Below, piece by piece: positions 41,003-51,635 of a stretch of DNA of 64,000 bases (position 1 is its first letter; each line of letters opens with the position of its first letter). A program made the translations under genes and the position numbers. The DNA comes from Candidatus Multivorans sp. (GTDB lineage Bacteria; Acidobacteriota; Thermoanaerobaculia; Multivoradales; Multivoraceae): assembly GCA_965205095.1 (NCBI GenBank), contig OZ242040.1, forward strand, positions 3,116,176-3,180,175, read 5' to 3'. Under the pieces are notes generated by a model. It saw only the letters and a list, made by a program, of their open reading frames with translations. It searched no databases and was not told the origin of the DNA.

Positions 41003-41257
41003 TCAGCCGACGCCGTATCGGCGGTCGAGGCGGTCCATGACGGCGGCGTAGACGAGGATCAGGACGACGAAGACGTAGATCGATCCCTGGTGCGCGAACC
41101 AGAACCCGAGCGGGAAGCCGCCGACGCGGGCTTCGTTCAGCGGCTCGACGAGGAAGATGCCGAGGACGTACGAGCAGACGAACCAGACGGCGAGGAGGAT
41201 CGCCATCAGCCGCAGGTTTGCCCGCCAGTAGGCGGAAGGATCAGCTTGTTCGCTCAA
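41003..41257 (-). CDS. DUF4212-type small membrane subunit of the solute symporter
   Basis: C-terminal YWRANLRLMAILLAVWFVCSYVLGIFLVEPLNEARVGGFPLGFWFAHQGSIYVFVVLILVYAAVMDRLD is typical of DUF4212. The start is uncertain (TTG at 41257 chosen). Confidence 0.7.
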   Translation of the reverse strand: MSEQADPSAYWRANLRLMAILLAVWFVCSYVLGIFLVEPLNEARVGGFPLGFWFAHQGSIYVFVVLILVYAAVMDRLDRRYGVG

Positions 41258-41302
41258 GAGCGGGCATAGTACACCGTCACTCAAGCTCCTAGACTGAGAC
41301 GA

Positions 41303-42247
41303 ATGTCCGACCGCGCCATGGCAGCCTTCCTCTATGCCATCTCCTGGCTGGTCCGCCTGCTGCCGGCGGCTGCGTTCGGACCGGTTTCGGGCTTGCTGGC
41401 GCATCTGCGGGGCGTGACGCCGCGCGACGTCCGGCTGATGCGGCAGAACCTGGCGGTCGTGCTGAGGCTGCCTCCGGGCTCGGCGGAGGCGCGTGACCTG
41501 GAATGGCGCTGCGTGCGCCACCAGATCGTGGCGGCCCTCGAGACGGTCCGGATCAGCTTCGACCGGAAACGGCTCGACGTCGCGTCGATGGATGGCTTCG
41601 ACGACCTGCGGGAACTGATGGCCGAGGTCGAGGGGCACGGCCGCGGTCAGGTGCTGGTCACCGGTCACCTGGGCGCCTGGGAACTGCTGGCCCAGAGCAC
41701 CGTCCGCGCCTCCTCGTCGCCGGTCTGCGCGGTGGCCAAGCCATCGCGCGCCAGGGCGGCGTCCGTGTTCGTCGAACGGATGCGCGCCCGGGCCGGGGTC
41801 CGGGTGATCTGGAGCGGCCGGACCTCCCTCCTGCGGGACATGCTGAGCTGCCTCAAACGGCGGGAGACCCTGATCATGGTGGTCGACCAGAGACCCGACC
41901 AGAGGCGCGGCCCGGAAGTGGACTTTCTGGGTCGCCGCACCGTGTTCGTTGGTGGTCCGGCCGCGCTGGCGGCGAAGCGCGACTGCCCGCTGATCGCCGC
42001 CTTCTGTATCCGCGAAGGGCCCTTCAGCTACCGCCTGGAGAGCGAGATGCTGCGCCGGCCCGGCGGCTCGCGGGATCCGGTGGAGTTGTCGCAGAGAATC
42101 GCGGCTGCGATCGAACGGAGAGTACGGGTGCAGCCGGAGCAGTGGATGTGGAACTACCGGCGATGGAACTACGATGCGGAGGAACTGGCCGCCGTGGGCC
42201 TGGGGCGCACCGACTCCGGGGCAAGCGGTATGAGGAACTCATCATGA
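41303..42247 (+). CDS. Lysophospholipid/lipid A biosynthesis acyltransferase (LpxL/HtrB family)
   Basis: 314 aa with an N-terminal TM segment and VTGHLGAWELL, the HX4(D/E) acyltransferase motif in LpxL context. Confidence 0.7.
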   Translation: MSDRAMAAFLYAISWLVRLLPAAAFGPVSGLLAHLRGVTPRDVRLMRQNLAVVLRLPPGSAEARDLEWRCVRHQIVAALETVRISFDRKRLDVASMDGFDDLRELMAEVEGHGRGQVLVTGHLGAWELLAQSTVRASSSPVCAVAKPSRARAASVFVERMRARAGVRVIWSGRTSLLRDMLSCLKRRETLIMVVDQRPDQRRGPEVDFLGRRTVFVGGPAALAAKRDCPLIAAFCIREGPFSYRLESEMLRRPGGSRDPVELSQRIAAAIERRVRVQPEQWMWNYRRWNYDAEELAAVGLGRTDSGASGMRNSS

Positions 42248-43803
42248 CGACGAATCAACGAAGACGGATGACGGCGCAGGGTGTTGGAGCGTTCCTGGCC
42301 GCGGTTTGCGTGGCGACGCTGGTGGCCGCGGCGCCGGCCCGGGCCGCCGAGCGGCCGAACATCGTCTTCATCCTGATCGACGACCAGCGCTTCGACGCCG
42401 CGTCGGCGCTCGGCCACCCGTTCCTCGAGACGCCTCACCTCGACCGCCTGATCGAGCGGGGCGTGCTGTTCGAGAACGCCTTCGTGACCACGTCGCTGTG
42501 TTCGCCCAGCCGGGCCTCGATCCTCACCGGTCAGTACGCCCACCGGCACGGCGTCCTGGACAACCGCACGCGGCTGGATCCTGAGACACCGACCTTCCCC
42601 CAGGAACTCCAGCGCGCGGGTTACAAGACCGCCTTCGTCGGCAAGTGGCACATGGGCGGCACGTCCGACGCTCCTCGGCCGGGTTTCGATCGCTGGGTCT
42701 CGTTCCGGGGCCAGGGCCTCTACTACAACCAGACCTTCAACATCGACGGCGAGCGGGTACCGCGGCAGGGGTACACCACGGACCTGATCACGGACTACGC
42801 GCTGGACTTCCTCGCCGGCGCTGAAGGGGAGGAGGCGCCCTTCCTGCTCTACGTTTCGCACAAGGCGGTGCATGCGTCGTTCCGCCCCGCGGAGCGCCAC
42901 CTCGGCAGCTATGCCGGGCAGCGGTATCCGCCGCCGGTGACGATGCCGAACCGGCACGAGAACTACGAGGGCAAGCCGAACTGGGTCGAGGCGCAACGGC
43001 GAAGCTGGCACGGCGTCGACGGTCTGTACGACAACTCGGTCGACTTCCAGCAGTTCGCCGTGGACTACGCGGAGACGATGCGCGGCGTCGACGACAGCGT
43101 GGGGCGGATCGTCGCGGCACTGGAAGAGCGGGGCCTGCTGGAAGAGACCCTGCTCGTCTTCACGTCGGACAACGGCTTCCAGTTCGGCGAACACGGTCTG
43201 ATCGACAAGCGGACGATGTACGAGGCGTCGATCCGGGTGCCCCTGGTGGTCATGGCGCCGTGGCTCGACGGCGGCGCCGGGGGCCTCAGGCGTCCCGAGA
43301 TGATCGTCAACCTCGACTTCGCCCCCACCTTCCTCGAGGCCGCGGGGCTGGACGTTCCGGGCACGGTTCAGGGCCGGTCCTTCTTCGGCCTGCTCGAGGC
43401 CGGCCCGGGCGCCGAACGCCCCCCGTGGCGGGACGCTTTCCTGTACGAGTACTTCTGGGAGCGGGCCTTTCCCCAGACGCCGACGGTTCTGGGCGTGCGC
43501 ACCGACCGCTACAAGTTCATGCGCTTCCACGGCGTCTGGGACCGCTACGAGCTCTACGACGTGCAGGCCGACCCGGAGGAGCGGAACAATCTCCTCGGAG
43601 GTTTCATCACCCGTCACGGCGCCGGCAACGTCGAGACCCGGCTTCGGGTGGCGGCCGCGAACGCCGCCCGGAACCCCCGCGACGACTGGGCGCGCGACGT
43701 GCTGGAGCTCAAGGCGCTCTTCGACCGGCTCTCGGCGCGGCTCGATGAGCTTCTCGACGAGACGGGGGCTCTCCGGGAGCCCAGCTGGCTGCCTCCTCGC
43801 TAG
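42244..43803 (+). CDS. Secreted sulfatase (formylglycine-dependent)
   Basis: ATG at 42244 overlaps the preceding stop. Signal peptide, then NIVFILIDDQR and the sulfatase signature SLCSPSRASILTG. Confidence 0.9.
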   Translation: MTTNQRRRMTAQGVGAFLAAVCVATLVAAAPARAAERPNIVFILIDDQRFDAASALGHPFLETPHLDRLIERGVLFENAFVTTSLCSPSRASILTGQYAHRHGVLDNRTRLDPETPTFPQELQRAGYKTAFVGKWHMGGTSDAPRPGFDRWVSFRGQGLYYNQTFNIDGERVPRQGYTTDLITDYALDFLAGAEGEEAPFLLYVSHKAVHASFRPAERHLGSYAGQRYPPPVTMPNRHENYEGKPNWVEAQRRSWHGVDGLYDNSVDFQQFAVDYAETMRGVDDSVGRIVAALEERGLLEETLLVFTSDNGFQFGEHGLIDKRTMYEASIRVPLVVMAPWLDGGAGGLRRPEMIVNLDFAPTFLEAAGLDVPGTVQGRSFFGLLEAGPGAERPPWRDAFLYEYFWERAFPQTPTVLGVRTDRYKFMRFHGVWDRYELYDVQADPEERNNLLGGFITRHGAGNVETRLRVAAANAARNPRDDWARDVLELKALFDRLSARLDELLDETGALREPSWLPPR

Positions 43804-43809
43804 CGCCGC

Positions 43810-44769
43810 CTAGAGCTTCCGCAACCGGATCCGCCGCACGGCGTGATCCGGCGCCTTCTCGAGGATCAGGTCCGCGCGCTCGCGGGTCGGCAGGATGTTC
43901 TGGGTCAGGTTCGGTTCGTTGATCGTCTTCCAGATGCCGCGGGCGGTGTCGATCGCGTCCTTCTCGCTCAGGCTGGCGTAGCGGTGGAAGTAGGCGTCCG
44001 GATCCCGGAACGCGGTGTCGCGGAAGGTCAGGAAACGCTCGACGTACCAGCGCTCGATCACCTCTGTCTCGGCGTCGACGTAGATCGAGAAGTCGAAGAG
44101 GTCGGAGAGCATGAGCCGGCTGTTGCGCGACGGCGACTGCGAGCGGGCCTGCAGCACGTTCAGGCCCTCGAGGATCAGGATGTCGGGCTGGTCGACGACC
44201 TCGGTGACACCGGGCCGGATGTCGTACGAATGGTGCGAGTACACGGGATGCTCGACCTTCCGCTCACCCGACTTGACCTGGAGCACGAAGTTCACGAGCG
44301 TGCGCAGGTCGAAGCTCTCCGGGAAGCCCTTGCGTTCCATCAGGTCGCGCTCTTCCAGGACCGCGTTGGGATGGAGGAAGCCGTCGGTCGTCACCAGGTC
44401 GACCTGGGGATGGTTCGGCCAGCGGGCGAGCAACTCGCGGAGGATACGTCCCGTCGTGCTCTTGCCGACCGCGACGCTGCCGCCGATCCCGATGATGTAG
44501 GGCACCTTGGCCGTCAGGCCTCCCAGAAACGTGCTGCTGGCCCGGTAGAGATCCTGCGTGGCGCCGACGTAGAGATTGAGCAGCCTCGACATCGGCAGGT
44601 AGATCTGCGCGACCTCCTCGAGCGAAACCTGTTCGTTGATGCCGCGCAGGCGCTCCAGTTCCTGTTCGGAGAGAGGCAGGGGCGTCTCGGCCCGCAGCCG
44701 TCCCCACGCCTCCTCGTCGAAGGGGACGTAGATCGAATCGGTGAGGCTGTCGACCCTGTGGTTGGTCAA
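43810..44769 (-). CDS. coaA: Type I pantothenate kinase
   Basis: Colinear with E. coli CoaA as remembered: [24 protein letters not shown]-loop [41 protein letters not shown]. Start trimmed to TTG at 44769 (GGGAG upstream); the track ORF start at 44865 overlaps the Prx gene. Confidence 0.9.
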   Translation of the reverse strand: MTNHRVDSLTDSIYVPFDEEAWGRLRAETPLPLSEQELERLRGINEQVSLEEVAQIYLPMSRLLNLYVGATQDLYRASSTFLGGLTAKVPYIIGIGGSVAVGKSTTGRILRELLARWPNHPQVDLVTTDGFLHPNAVLEERDLMERKGFPESFDLRTLVNFVLQVKSGERKVEHPVYSHHSYDIRPGVTEVVDQPDILILEGLNVLQARSQSPSRNSRLMLSDLFDFSIYVDAETEVIERWYVERFLTFRDTAFRDPDAYFHRYASLSEKDAIDTARGIWKTINEPNLTQNILPTRERADLILEKAPDHAVRRIRLRKL

Positions 44770-44800
44770 GAGACTCCCAGGCGGAGAACTGTCGGGCGAC

Positions 44801-45286
44801 TCAGCCGAGCTGTTCGATGACCGCTTCGGCGCCGCTGACGCCGACTTCACCGGCGGGCTCGACACCGAGGTAGGTCACTACGCCGTCGTCGACGATCGCG
44901 GCGTAGCGCTTCGACCTGGTGCCCATGCCGAAGCGCGAAGCGTCGAGTTCGAGCCCGATCTTCGAGGTGAACTCGCCATTGCCGTCGGACAGCAGGACGA
45001 TGTCGTCGGGGATGCTCCGCGCCTTGCGCCACTCGTTGATCACGAAGACGTCGTTGACGGCGAGGCAGGCCACGGTGTCGACGTTGCCCGACTTGATCGC
45101 CGCGAGGTTCTCGATGAAACCCGGCATGTGGACCTCCGAGCAGGTCGGGGTCATCGCGCCGGGCACCGCGAAGAGAACGACCTTCTTGCCCTCGAACAGC
45201 TCGCGGGTCGAAATGTCGACGATGCCGTTCTGGGTCATCTGCTTGAAACTGGCTTCCGGGATCGGCTCCCCGGTCTTGATGCTCAT
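44801..45286 (-). CDS. Peroxiredoxin, Prx5 subfamily
   Basis: 161 aa. [15 protein letters not shown] contains the peroxidatic Cys in its PGAFTPTCS-type context. Confidence 0.9.
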   Translation of the reverse strand: MSIKTGEPIPEASFKQMTQNGIVDISTRELFEGKKVVLFAVPGAMTPTCSEVHMPGFIENLAAIKSGNVDTVACLAVNDVFVINEWRKARSIPDDIVLLSDGNGEFTSKIGLELDASRFGMGTRSKRYAAIVDDGVVTYLGVEPAGEVGVSGAEAVIEQLG

Positions 45287-45342
45287 GGATTGCTCTCTCG
45301 TGTTCTTGGTCCTGAGGGGGCGGCAGTATAGCTTCGATCCCG

Positions 45343-46404
45343 ATGCTCGCTACGACCGCGGCGAACGGCGTTCGCAAGGTGCTCGGCCTGGCGGTCGCCA
45401 CGGCGATTCTGGCCGGCGCCTGTGCCCGTCCTTCCGGCAGCGGCGCGGAAGCGGAGGGCGGCACGCCGCTGGACCTGACGGGCGATCATGCGCACTACCT
45501 GCGGAGCGTTGAGGGCGCCCGGCTCGAACTGGTCGAGCCCGGCACGGACGGCGCCTGGCGGGAGATTCGAGGCGGCGGGAGGGCGGTGAGGTTGACGGCG
45601 CCGCCCGAGCGGATCGCTTCGCGGACGCTGGCGACCGACGAGATCCTGCTGGAGATCGCGGAACCGGAGCGGATCGTGCTCCTGTCGCCGTTCGCCGGCG
45701 ATCCGCAGTTCAGCGCCAGCGCGGACCGGGCCAGGCGTCTTGGGCGGGTCGGCGGCTTCAGCACGGAGGAGATCCTGGCGGCCTCCCCCGATCTGGTGTT
45801 CGCCGCGAGTTTCAACACGCAGGAAACCCTCGCTCAACTGGAGGCCGCGGGGGTACCGGTCGTCGTCCTGCTCAATCACGAGAGCCTTGCGGCGATCGCG
45901 GAGAACATCCGCACCGTCGGTTTCGCGATCGGCCGCGACCGCGAGGCGGAGCGGCTCGTCGAGTCGATGCAGTTGCGGCTTGCCGAGACGCGCGCACGGG
46001 CCGCGTCACGGGTCGCCGGTCTGCGGATCGTCCACTGGAGCGGGGGCGTGGTGCTGGGCGGCCGGACCGTCTTCGACGACGCTGTTCGCTACCTCGGCGC
46101 GGTGAATCTGGCGGCCGAGAACGGTCTCGAAGGCTGGCCCCGGATCAGTGCCGAGCAGGTCGTGATCTGGGACCCGGACGTCATCTTCACGGACTCCTAC
46201 GGGGCCAACGACGCCGGCGAGGGCACGCTGGACGGTACGCGGGCGGCCCGGCTCGGCAATCTGGAGTCGCTCGACGGGCGGGACATGGCGGCGATCTCGC
46301 ACCACGCTGCCGGCATGGTCGACCGGCTCGCGGACGCACTCGTGCGGGCGTCGGAGCGGATCGAGGCCGCGGGCACCGGGAAGCCCGTGGCTGCGGCGGA
46401 ATGA
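45343..46404 (+). CDS. ABC transporter periplasmic binding protein (iron-chelate/cobalamin type)
   Basis: Signal sequence present. Assigned by context upstream of a FecCD permease and ATPase, and by its size of 353 aa. Confidence 0.7.
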   Translation: MLATTAANGVRKVLGLAVATAILAGACARPSGSGAEAEGGTPLDLTGDHAHYLRSVEGARLELVEPGTDGAWREIRGGGRAVRLTAPPERIASRTLATDEILLEIAEPERIVLLSPFAGDPQFSASADRARRLGRVGGFSTEEILAASPDLVFAASFNTQETLAQLEAAGVPVVVLLNHESLAAIAENIRTVGFAIGRDREAERLVESMQLRLAETRARAASRVAGLRIVHWSGGVVLGGRTVFDDAVRYLGAVNLAAENGLEGWPRISAEQVVIWDPDVIFTDSYGANDAGEGTLDGTRAARLGNLESLDGRDMAAISHHAAGMVDRLADALVRASERIEAAGTGKPVAAAE

Positions 46405-47456
46405 GGATCGCCTTCGGCGGGAATCAGGCCGGCTTCTGGTGGTACATGGCCGCCGGCGCGGTGCTGCTCCTGGCGTTCGCCGGCATCGGCCTGTTCCGGG
46501 GGGCTGTGCCTATCGACGAAGGCGACGTGCTGGCGGTCCTTGCGCGCCACCTGCTTCCCGGCGAGAGGGCCGCCGACCCGAGCGTGGACACGATCGTCTG
46601 GTCGCTTCGGGCGCCCAGGGTGGTCGTGGCGGCGATGGTCGGCGGTTGTCTGGCCCTGGCCGGCGCCCAGATGCAGGGGCTCTTCCGCAATCCCCTGGCG
46701 TCGCCCGGGATCGTGGGTACGAGCACCGGCGCCGCCGCCGGCGCGGTCTTCGCCCTGACCTTCGGGCTGGCCGGCACCTTCCTGCTCGCCGCCCCGCTGT
46801 TCGCGGTCGCGGGCGCGTTGCTTTCGCTTCTGATCGTCACCCGGATCGCGACCCGTGACGGATACACGCCGGTCACCACCCTGCTGCTGGCCGGCGTCGC
46901 CCTGAACGCGCTGCTGGCGGCCTTCAATTCGTGGCTCATCGCTCGTTCCTGGGAGCAGTACGAGGCTGCCCGCCGCATCGCCTACTGGATGATGGGCGGT
47001 GTCACTGACCGCGGCTGGGTCCATGTCGGGATGGTGCTGCCGGGGATGGTGATCGGCTGCGCGATAGCGGTCTGGTTCGCGCGTGACCTCGACCTGCTGC
47101 TCGAGGGCGAGGAGGTGGCCGCCTCGCTCGGCGTCGACATCGAGAAGACGAAGCGGGCCGTGCTCTGGAGCGCCGCCATCCTCACCGGCAGCGCGGTCGC
47201 GGTCAGCGGCGTGGTTGGTTTCGTCGGTCTCGTCGTACCGCACCTCGTGCGCCTCCTGCTGGGCCCGGTGCACCGCCGGCTGCTGCCGGCGGCTTTCCTG
47301 ACCGGAGCCTGGTTCGTCGTCGGCGCCGATCTGCTGGCGCGGACCCTGGTGGCGCCGGAAGAGGTTTTCCTGGGAGTGGTCACCGCCTTCGTCGGCGCCC
47401 CGTTCTTCCTGTTCCTGCTGGTTCGCCACGAGAGTGAAGTGGCGGTGTCCCGATGA
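46401..47456 (+). CDS. FecCD-family ABC permease (iron-chelate/B12 uptake)
   Basis: GAQMQGLFRNPLASPGIVGTSTGAA motif and about 9-10 TM segments. The start overlaps the preceding stop. Confidence 0.9.
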   Translation: MRIAFGGNQAGFWWYMAAGAVLLLAFAGIGLFRGAVPIDEGDVLAVLARHLLPGERAADPSVDTIVWSLRAPRVVVAAMVGGCLALAGAQMQGLFRNPLASPGIVGTSTGAAAGAVFALTFGLAGTFLLAAPLFAVAGALLSLLIVTRIATRDGYTPVTTLLLAGVALNALLAAFNSWLIARSWEQYEAARRIAYWMMGGVTDRGWVHVGMVLPGMVIGCAIAVWFARDLDLLLEGEEVAASLGVDIEKTKRAVLWSAAILTGSAVAVSGVVGFVGLVVPHLVRLLLGPVHRRLLPAAFLTGAWFVVGADLLARTLVAPEEVFLGVVTAFVGAPFFLFLLVRHESEVAVSR

Positions 47457-48256
47457 TGGATACGAGGGGCTCAGCGCGCCGGGCGCCGCGGCTCGAACTC
47501 GTCGACGGCGGCGTCGAGCGCCGGGGACGGTGGCTGCTTCGCGACGTCGACCTCACCATCGAGCCGGCCATGCTGACCTCCGTCGTGGGGCCGAACGGCG
47601 CCGGCAAGTCGACCCTGCTGCGGCTCCTGAGCGGTACCTGGCGCCTGACGGAAGGCAAGGCCCTCCTGGGGGGCTTCGATCTGTCGGCGTTGCCGCGCCG
47701 GCAGGCGGCCCGGCGGGTGGCCTACGTGCCGCAGACGGTCCGCCCGACCTTCGAGTTCACGGTGCGGGAGTTCGTCACTCTGGGACGCTACCCGCACGAG
47801 AGCCGCCTGTTCGGCACCCGTTCCGCCGACCGCGGATGGATCGACCGCTGCCTGGACGACACGGACGTTCTGGCGCTCGCCGAGCGACGGGTGACGACGT
47901 TGTCGGGAGGCGAGTTGCAGCGGGTGCTGATGGCGCGCTGTCTGGCCACCGAGGCGGAGGTCCTGCTGCTCGACGAGCCGACCTCGAACCTCGATCTCGC
48001 CCACGGTCTCGACCTGCTGGGGCTGGCGCGCAACCTGGTCGACGAAGGTCGCTCCGTCGTGCTGGTGTTGCACGATCTGAACGCCGCCGCCCGTTTCGCC
48101 GATCGGGTGGCGGTCCTTGACGGCGGCGCGTTGATCGCGGAGGGTCCGCCGGAGGAAGTGCTGAACCCGGACCTGCTGCGCCGGGTGTTCCGGGTCGAGG
48201 CGGTGCCGCTCGAAGGATCCGCGGCGCCCGTGTTCGACTTCGAACCCCTGGGCTAG
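47453..48256 (+). CDS. ABC transporter ATP-binding protein (FecE/BtuD-like)
   Basis: Walker A GPNGAGKST, signature LSGGELQRVLMARCLA, Walker B LLLDEPTSNLD. Confidence 0.9.
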   Translation: MMDTRGSARRAPRLELVDGGVERRGRWLLRDVDLTIEPAMLTSVVGPNGAGKSTLLRLLSGTWRLTEGKALLGGFDLSALPRRQAARRVAYVPQTVRPTFEFTVREFVTLGRYPHESRLFGTRSADRGWIDRCLDDTDVLALAERRVTTLSGGELQRVLMARCLATEAEVLLLDEPTSNLDLAHGLDLLGLARNLVDEGRSVVLVLHDLNAAARFADRVAVLDGGALIAEGPPEEVLNPDLLRRVFRVEAVPLEGSAAPVFDFEPLG

Positions 48257-48258
48257 CG

Positions 48259-48714
48259 CTACAGGCGCACCAGGTAGCTCTGCCGCCCCTCCAGCACCCG
48301 CTCGCCCCGCTGGTTGTCGATCTCGCTCTCCAGCACGATGACGCCGGTTGTCCGCTGACGCTTCAGTTCGGCGATGCGGAGCGTCGGGTACAGCGTGTCC
48401 CCCGGATACACCGGCTTCAGGAACCGGCAGGACTGGTCGATGTAGCCGATCATGGCGCGGCCGACCACGTCGGCGAAGGTGCCGGCGCCGGCGGCCGTGT
48501 AGCAGAGCACCTGGAGACCGTGGGCGAGCATTCCCTCGTGGCCCTGGGACCGGCAGTACTCGATGTCGTAGTGGATCGGGTGGTTGTCCCCCGAGATCGC
48601 CTGGAACGCGGCGAAGTGGGCCTCCGTCACCGTGCGGCCGGGCAGCGGGAAGGTCTCGCCGACGCGCAGCTCGTCGAACGGCCTGACCGGGACCAGGCCC
48701 CGGTCGCTACCCAC
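48259..48714 (-). CDS. MaoC-like (R)-hydratase hot-dog-fold protein
   Basis: 151 aa. FQAISGDNHPIHYDIEY matches the MaoC dehydratase motif context. Confidence 0.75.
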   Translation of the reverse strand: MGSDRGLVPVRPFDELRVGETFPLPGRTVTEAHFAAFQAISGDNHPIHYDIEYCRSQGHEGMLAHGLQVLCYTAAGAGTFADVVGRAMIGYIDQSCRFLKPVYPGDTLYPTLRIAELKRQRTTGVIVLESEIDNQRGERVLEGRQSYLVRL

Positions 48715-49741
48715 CGAACACCCGGGTCAGGGCTTCGGCCGCCTCGGCCGTCTCCTCCGGGCTGACGTCGCGGTGCGTCACCAGCCGGATATGGGTCGGA
48801 CTGGTCGTCAGGCACAGGACGTTCTCGCGTGCCAGGGCTTCGACGCATTCCTGCGCGCCGCGGCCGGTGCCCTCGACCGAGAAGATGAGGATGTTCGTCC
48901 TCTGCTCGGCGATCAGTGCGACGCCGGGAAGATCGTTCAGGGTGTCCGCGAGCATTCGGGCGTTCTCGTGGTCCTGGACGAGCAGGGGAGGGCTCTCGTC
49001 GAGGGCCACCTCGGCGGCCGCGGCGAGCACGCCGACCTGCCGCATCTGGCCCCCGCACATCTGCCGGTAGCGGCGGACGTTCCTGATGAAGTCGCGGGAG
49101 CCGGCGACGATCGACCCGGCCGGTGCGCCCAGACCCTTCGAGAAGCAGAAGGAGAGGGAGTCGACGGGACCCGCGGCCTCGGCGGGCGTGCAACCGAGCG
49201 CGGTCGCGGCGTTGAAGAGGCGGGCGCCGTCGAGGTGGACGCGCAGACCGCGGCGGTGCGCCAGGTCGCAGAGCGCCCGCGTGCGCTCCGGTTCGTAGAC
49301 GGTGCCGCCGGCCTGGTTGCAACTGTTCTCGAGGCAGAGAAGCCGGGTCGGAGCCAGGGTCGGGTAGTCGGGCTGAATCGCCGCCTCGACCTGGTCCGGC
49401 TCCAGGATGCCGTCGGCCTCCGCCGTCACCGCACGCGGCAGGAGGCCGCCGATGCCCGTGATTCCGTTGTTCTCGTTGTTGATGATGTGAGCCTTCGATT
49501 CGAGCAGCACCTCGCTGCCGCGGGGCAGTTCGTGCCCGAGCAGGGACGAGAGGTTGCCCTGCGTGCCCGAAGGAACGAACAGGGCCGCCTCGCGGCCGAG
49601 CATGTCCGCGACGCGTTCCTGCAAGCGGTTGACCGTCGGGTCTTCGTGGAAGACGTCGTCGCCGACCTCGGCGGCGGCCATCGCCCTGCGCATGGCCGGG
49701 GAAGGCCGGGTCATCGTGTCGGAACGGAGTTCCACCGGCAT
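48707..49741 (-). CDS. ltaE: Low-specificity L-threonine aldolase
   Basis: LRSDTMTRPSPAMRRAMAAAEVGDDVFHEDPTVNRLQERVADMLGREAALFVPSGTQGN is the typical threonine aldolase N-terminus. Confidence 0.85.
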   Translation of the reverse strand: MPVELRSDTMTRPSPAMRRAMAAAEVGDDVFHEDPTVNRLQERVADMLGREAALFVPSGTQGNLSSLLGHELPRGSEVLLESKAHIINNENNGITGIGGLLPRAVTAEADGILEPDQVEAAIQPDYPTLAPTRLLCLENSCNQAGGTVYEPERTRALCDLAHRRGLRVHLDGARLFNAATALGCTPAEAAGPVDSLSFCFSKGLGAPAGSIVAGSRDFIRNVRRYRQMCGGQMRQVGVLAAAAEVALDESPPLLVQDHENARMLADTLNDLPGVALIAEQRTNILIFSVEGTGRGAQECVEALARENVLCLTTSPTHIRLVTHRDVSPEETAEAAEALTRVFGG

Positions 49742-49767
49742 GGCGAGCGATCATACTTGCCGCCCGA

Positions 49768-51297
49768 ATGGCCGACGCGCAGTACTCGCTCCCCCTCCCT
49801 CCGACGGATCCGGACGTGGTGGCCGCCGCCGACCTGGGCTCCAACAGCTTTCACCTGGTCGTGGCCGAAGTACGGGGCGGCCAGCTCGTGTTCGTCGACC
49901 GCCGAAAGGAGTTCGTGCGGTTGGCCGCCGGGCTCGACGAGCGGAAGCGGCTGACGCCGGAGGCAACGGCCCGGGCGCTCGAGTGTCTCGACCGGTTCGG
50001 GGAGCGGGTACGCGGCTTTCCTCCGGGGACGGTCCGGGTCGTCGGCACGAACACGCTGCGCCGCGCCCGAAACGCCCGCGACTTCCTGGAGGCTGGCCAG
50101 AGGTCGCTGGGCCATCCCGTGGAGATCGTCTCCGGTCTGGAAGAGGCGCGGCTGATCTACCTGGGTGTCTCGAGGAGTCTGGCCGGCGACGAACGGCGGC
50201 TCGCCGTCGATATCGGCGGCGGTTCGACCGAGCTGATCATCGGCGAGGGCTCGCAGCCGCTCGACCTGGAGAGCCTGTACATGGGCTGCGTCAGCTTCAG
50301 CCTGCGCCACTTCCCGAACGGCCGGGTCAAGGAAAAGCGCTGGCGACGGGCGGAGATCGAGGCGTTGCAGGAACTGGAGCCGGTCGAGCGGCGCTTCCGG
50401 GACGGCGCCGGCTGGCGCGTGGCGGTCGGCTCGTCCGGGACCGTCCGTTCGGTGGCGGACGTCGTGCAGGCGGCGGGCTGGTGCGAGGAGGGCATCACGC
50501 TGGAGGCTCTGTTGCGCCTTCGGGAGTCACTGATCGAACGCGGCACCACGATCCGCGGCGGCATCAAGGGTCTGAGCGAGGGCCGGGCGCCGGTGTTCGC
50601 CGGCGGCGTCGCGGTGCTGCTCGCGGCGTTCAAGGCGCTGGGCATAGGGCGCATGCGGGTCGCGGGTGGCGCCCTGCGGGAAGGCGCCCTGTACGACCTG
50701 CTCGGCCGGCTGCACCATGAGGACACCCGGCACGCGGCGGTCGAGTCGATGGCCCGGCGTTACCACGTCCAGCCGGAGCAGGCGGAACGGGTGCGCGAGA
50801 CGGCGCTCCAGTTGCTCGAACATTGCGCCGAGTCGTGGAATCTGACCGGCGAGCTGCCCTGGCTCATGCTCTCCTGGGGGGCTCAGTTGCATGAAGTGGG
50901 CCTGGACATCAACCACGCCGGCTTCCACAAGCACGGCGCCTACATCGTCGAGAACGCGGAGATGCACGGGTTCTCGCTCCAGGAGCACTTGCTGCTGGCG
51001 TCGCTGGTACGCAGCCACCGCCGCAAGTTCCCGCGCCAGATCTTCGATCGCCTCCCCTCGACGTGGCGGCAACCGGCGCGGCGCGGCGCCGTCCTGCTGC
51101 GGCTGGCGGCGGTGCTCCACCGGAGCCGGCGGGACGAACCGCTGGCCGTCAAGCTCGAAGTCGATGGCCGCGACCTGCGCCTCGTGCTGCCGAGGACGTG
51201 GCTGGAACAGTCCCCGTTGACAAGGGCCGACCTGCGCCAGGAGGCGAAGTTCCTGGCCGCGGCGAAGTACCGGCTGACGGTGGAGGAGGATGGCTGA
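49768..51297 (+). CDS. ppx: Exopolyphosphatase (Ppx/GppA family)
   Basis: AADLGSNSFHLVVAEV and AVDIGGGSTELI (ASKHA phosphate motifs), plus a C-terminal HD-like domain. Confidence 0.9.
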   Translation: MADAQYSLPLPPTDPDVVAAADLGSNSFHLVVAEVRGGQLVFVDRRKEFVRLAAGLDERKRLTPEATARALECLDRFGERVRGFPPGTVRVVGTNTLRRARNARDFLEAGQRSLGHPVEIVSGLEEARLIYLGVSRSLAGDERRLAVDIGGGSTELIIGEGSQPLDLESLYMGCVSFSLRHFPNGRVKEKRWRRAEIEALQELEPVERRFRDGAGWRVAVGSSGTVRSVADVVQAAGWCEEGITLEALLRLRESLIERGTTIRGGIKGLSEGRAPVFAGGVAVLLAAFKALGIGRMRVAGGALREGALYDLLGRLHHEDTRHAAVESMARRYHVQPEQAERVRETALQLLEHCAESWNLTGELPWLMLSWGAQLHEVGLDINHAGFHKHGAYIVENAEMHGFSLQEHLLLASLVRSHRRKFPRQIFDRLPSTWRQPARRGAVLLRLAAVLHRSRRDEPLAVKLEVDGRDLRLVLPRTWLEQSPLTRADLRQEAKFLAAAKYRLTVEEDG

Positions 51298-51389
51298 CGT
51301 CAGCTCGTTCCGGTTCAGGGTCCGTCTTGACTCCGGTGCGCCGGGCCTACTAGGGTGGGGTGACGTAACGAGAAGTATGGGGACCCATA

Positions 51390-51635
51390 GTGAAGACGAC
51401 AATCGAGATCTCGGACGAGTTGGGGAGAGAGGCGAAGGCCCACGCGGCAAGGGAGAACATCACGCTGCGAGAGTTGTTCGAGCGTGGCGTGCGGATGGCG
51501 ATCAAGGCTGACCAGGAGAACAGCGGCTTCGTTCTGCGGGACGGGAGCGTCGGTGGTCACGGCCTGCAGCCGGAGTTTCAGGGCGCCGATTGGGCGCGTC
51601 TCCGCGAAGCCGTCTACGAGGGCCGCGGCGGTTGA
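51390..51635 (+). CDS. vapB: Type II antitoxin (VapB-like)
   Basis: GTG start. MKTTIEISDELGREAKAHAARENITLRELFERGVRMAI. The stop overlaps the downstream PIN gene start (TTGA). Confidence 0.7.
   Translation: MKTTIEISDELGREAKAHAARENITLRELFERGVRMAIKADQENSGFVLRDGSVGGHGLQPEFQGADWARLREAVYEGRGG

Noticed and set aside
45287-45342. Possible cobalamin or other riboswitch upstream of the Fec/Btu-type ABC importer.
   Set aside because: The spacer is only 56 nt and is shared with the divergent peroxiredoxin promoter. That is too short for a cobalamin riboswitch, and no B12-box-like sequence was seen.
51298-51389. Sigma-70-like promoter (TTGACT ... TACTAG) upstream of the second vapB.
   Set aside because: The spacing is non-optimal (about 15 nt) and the -10 is poor. 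It is too weak to annotate without transcript data.
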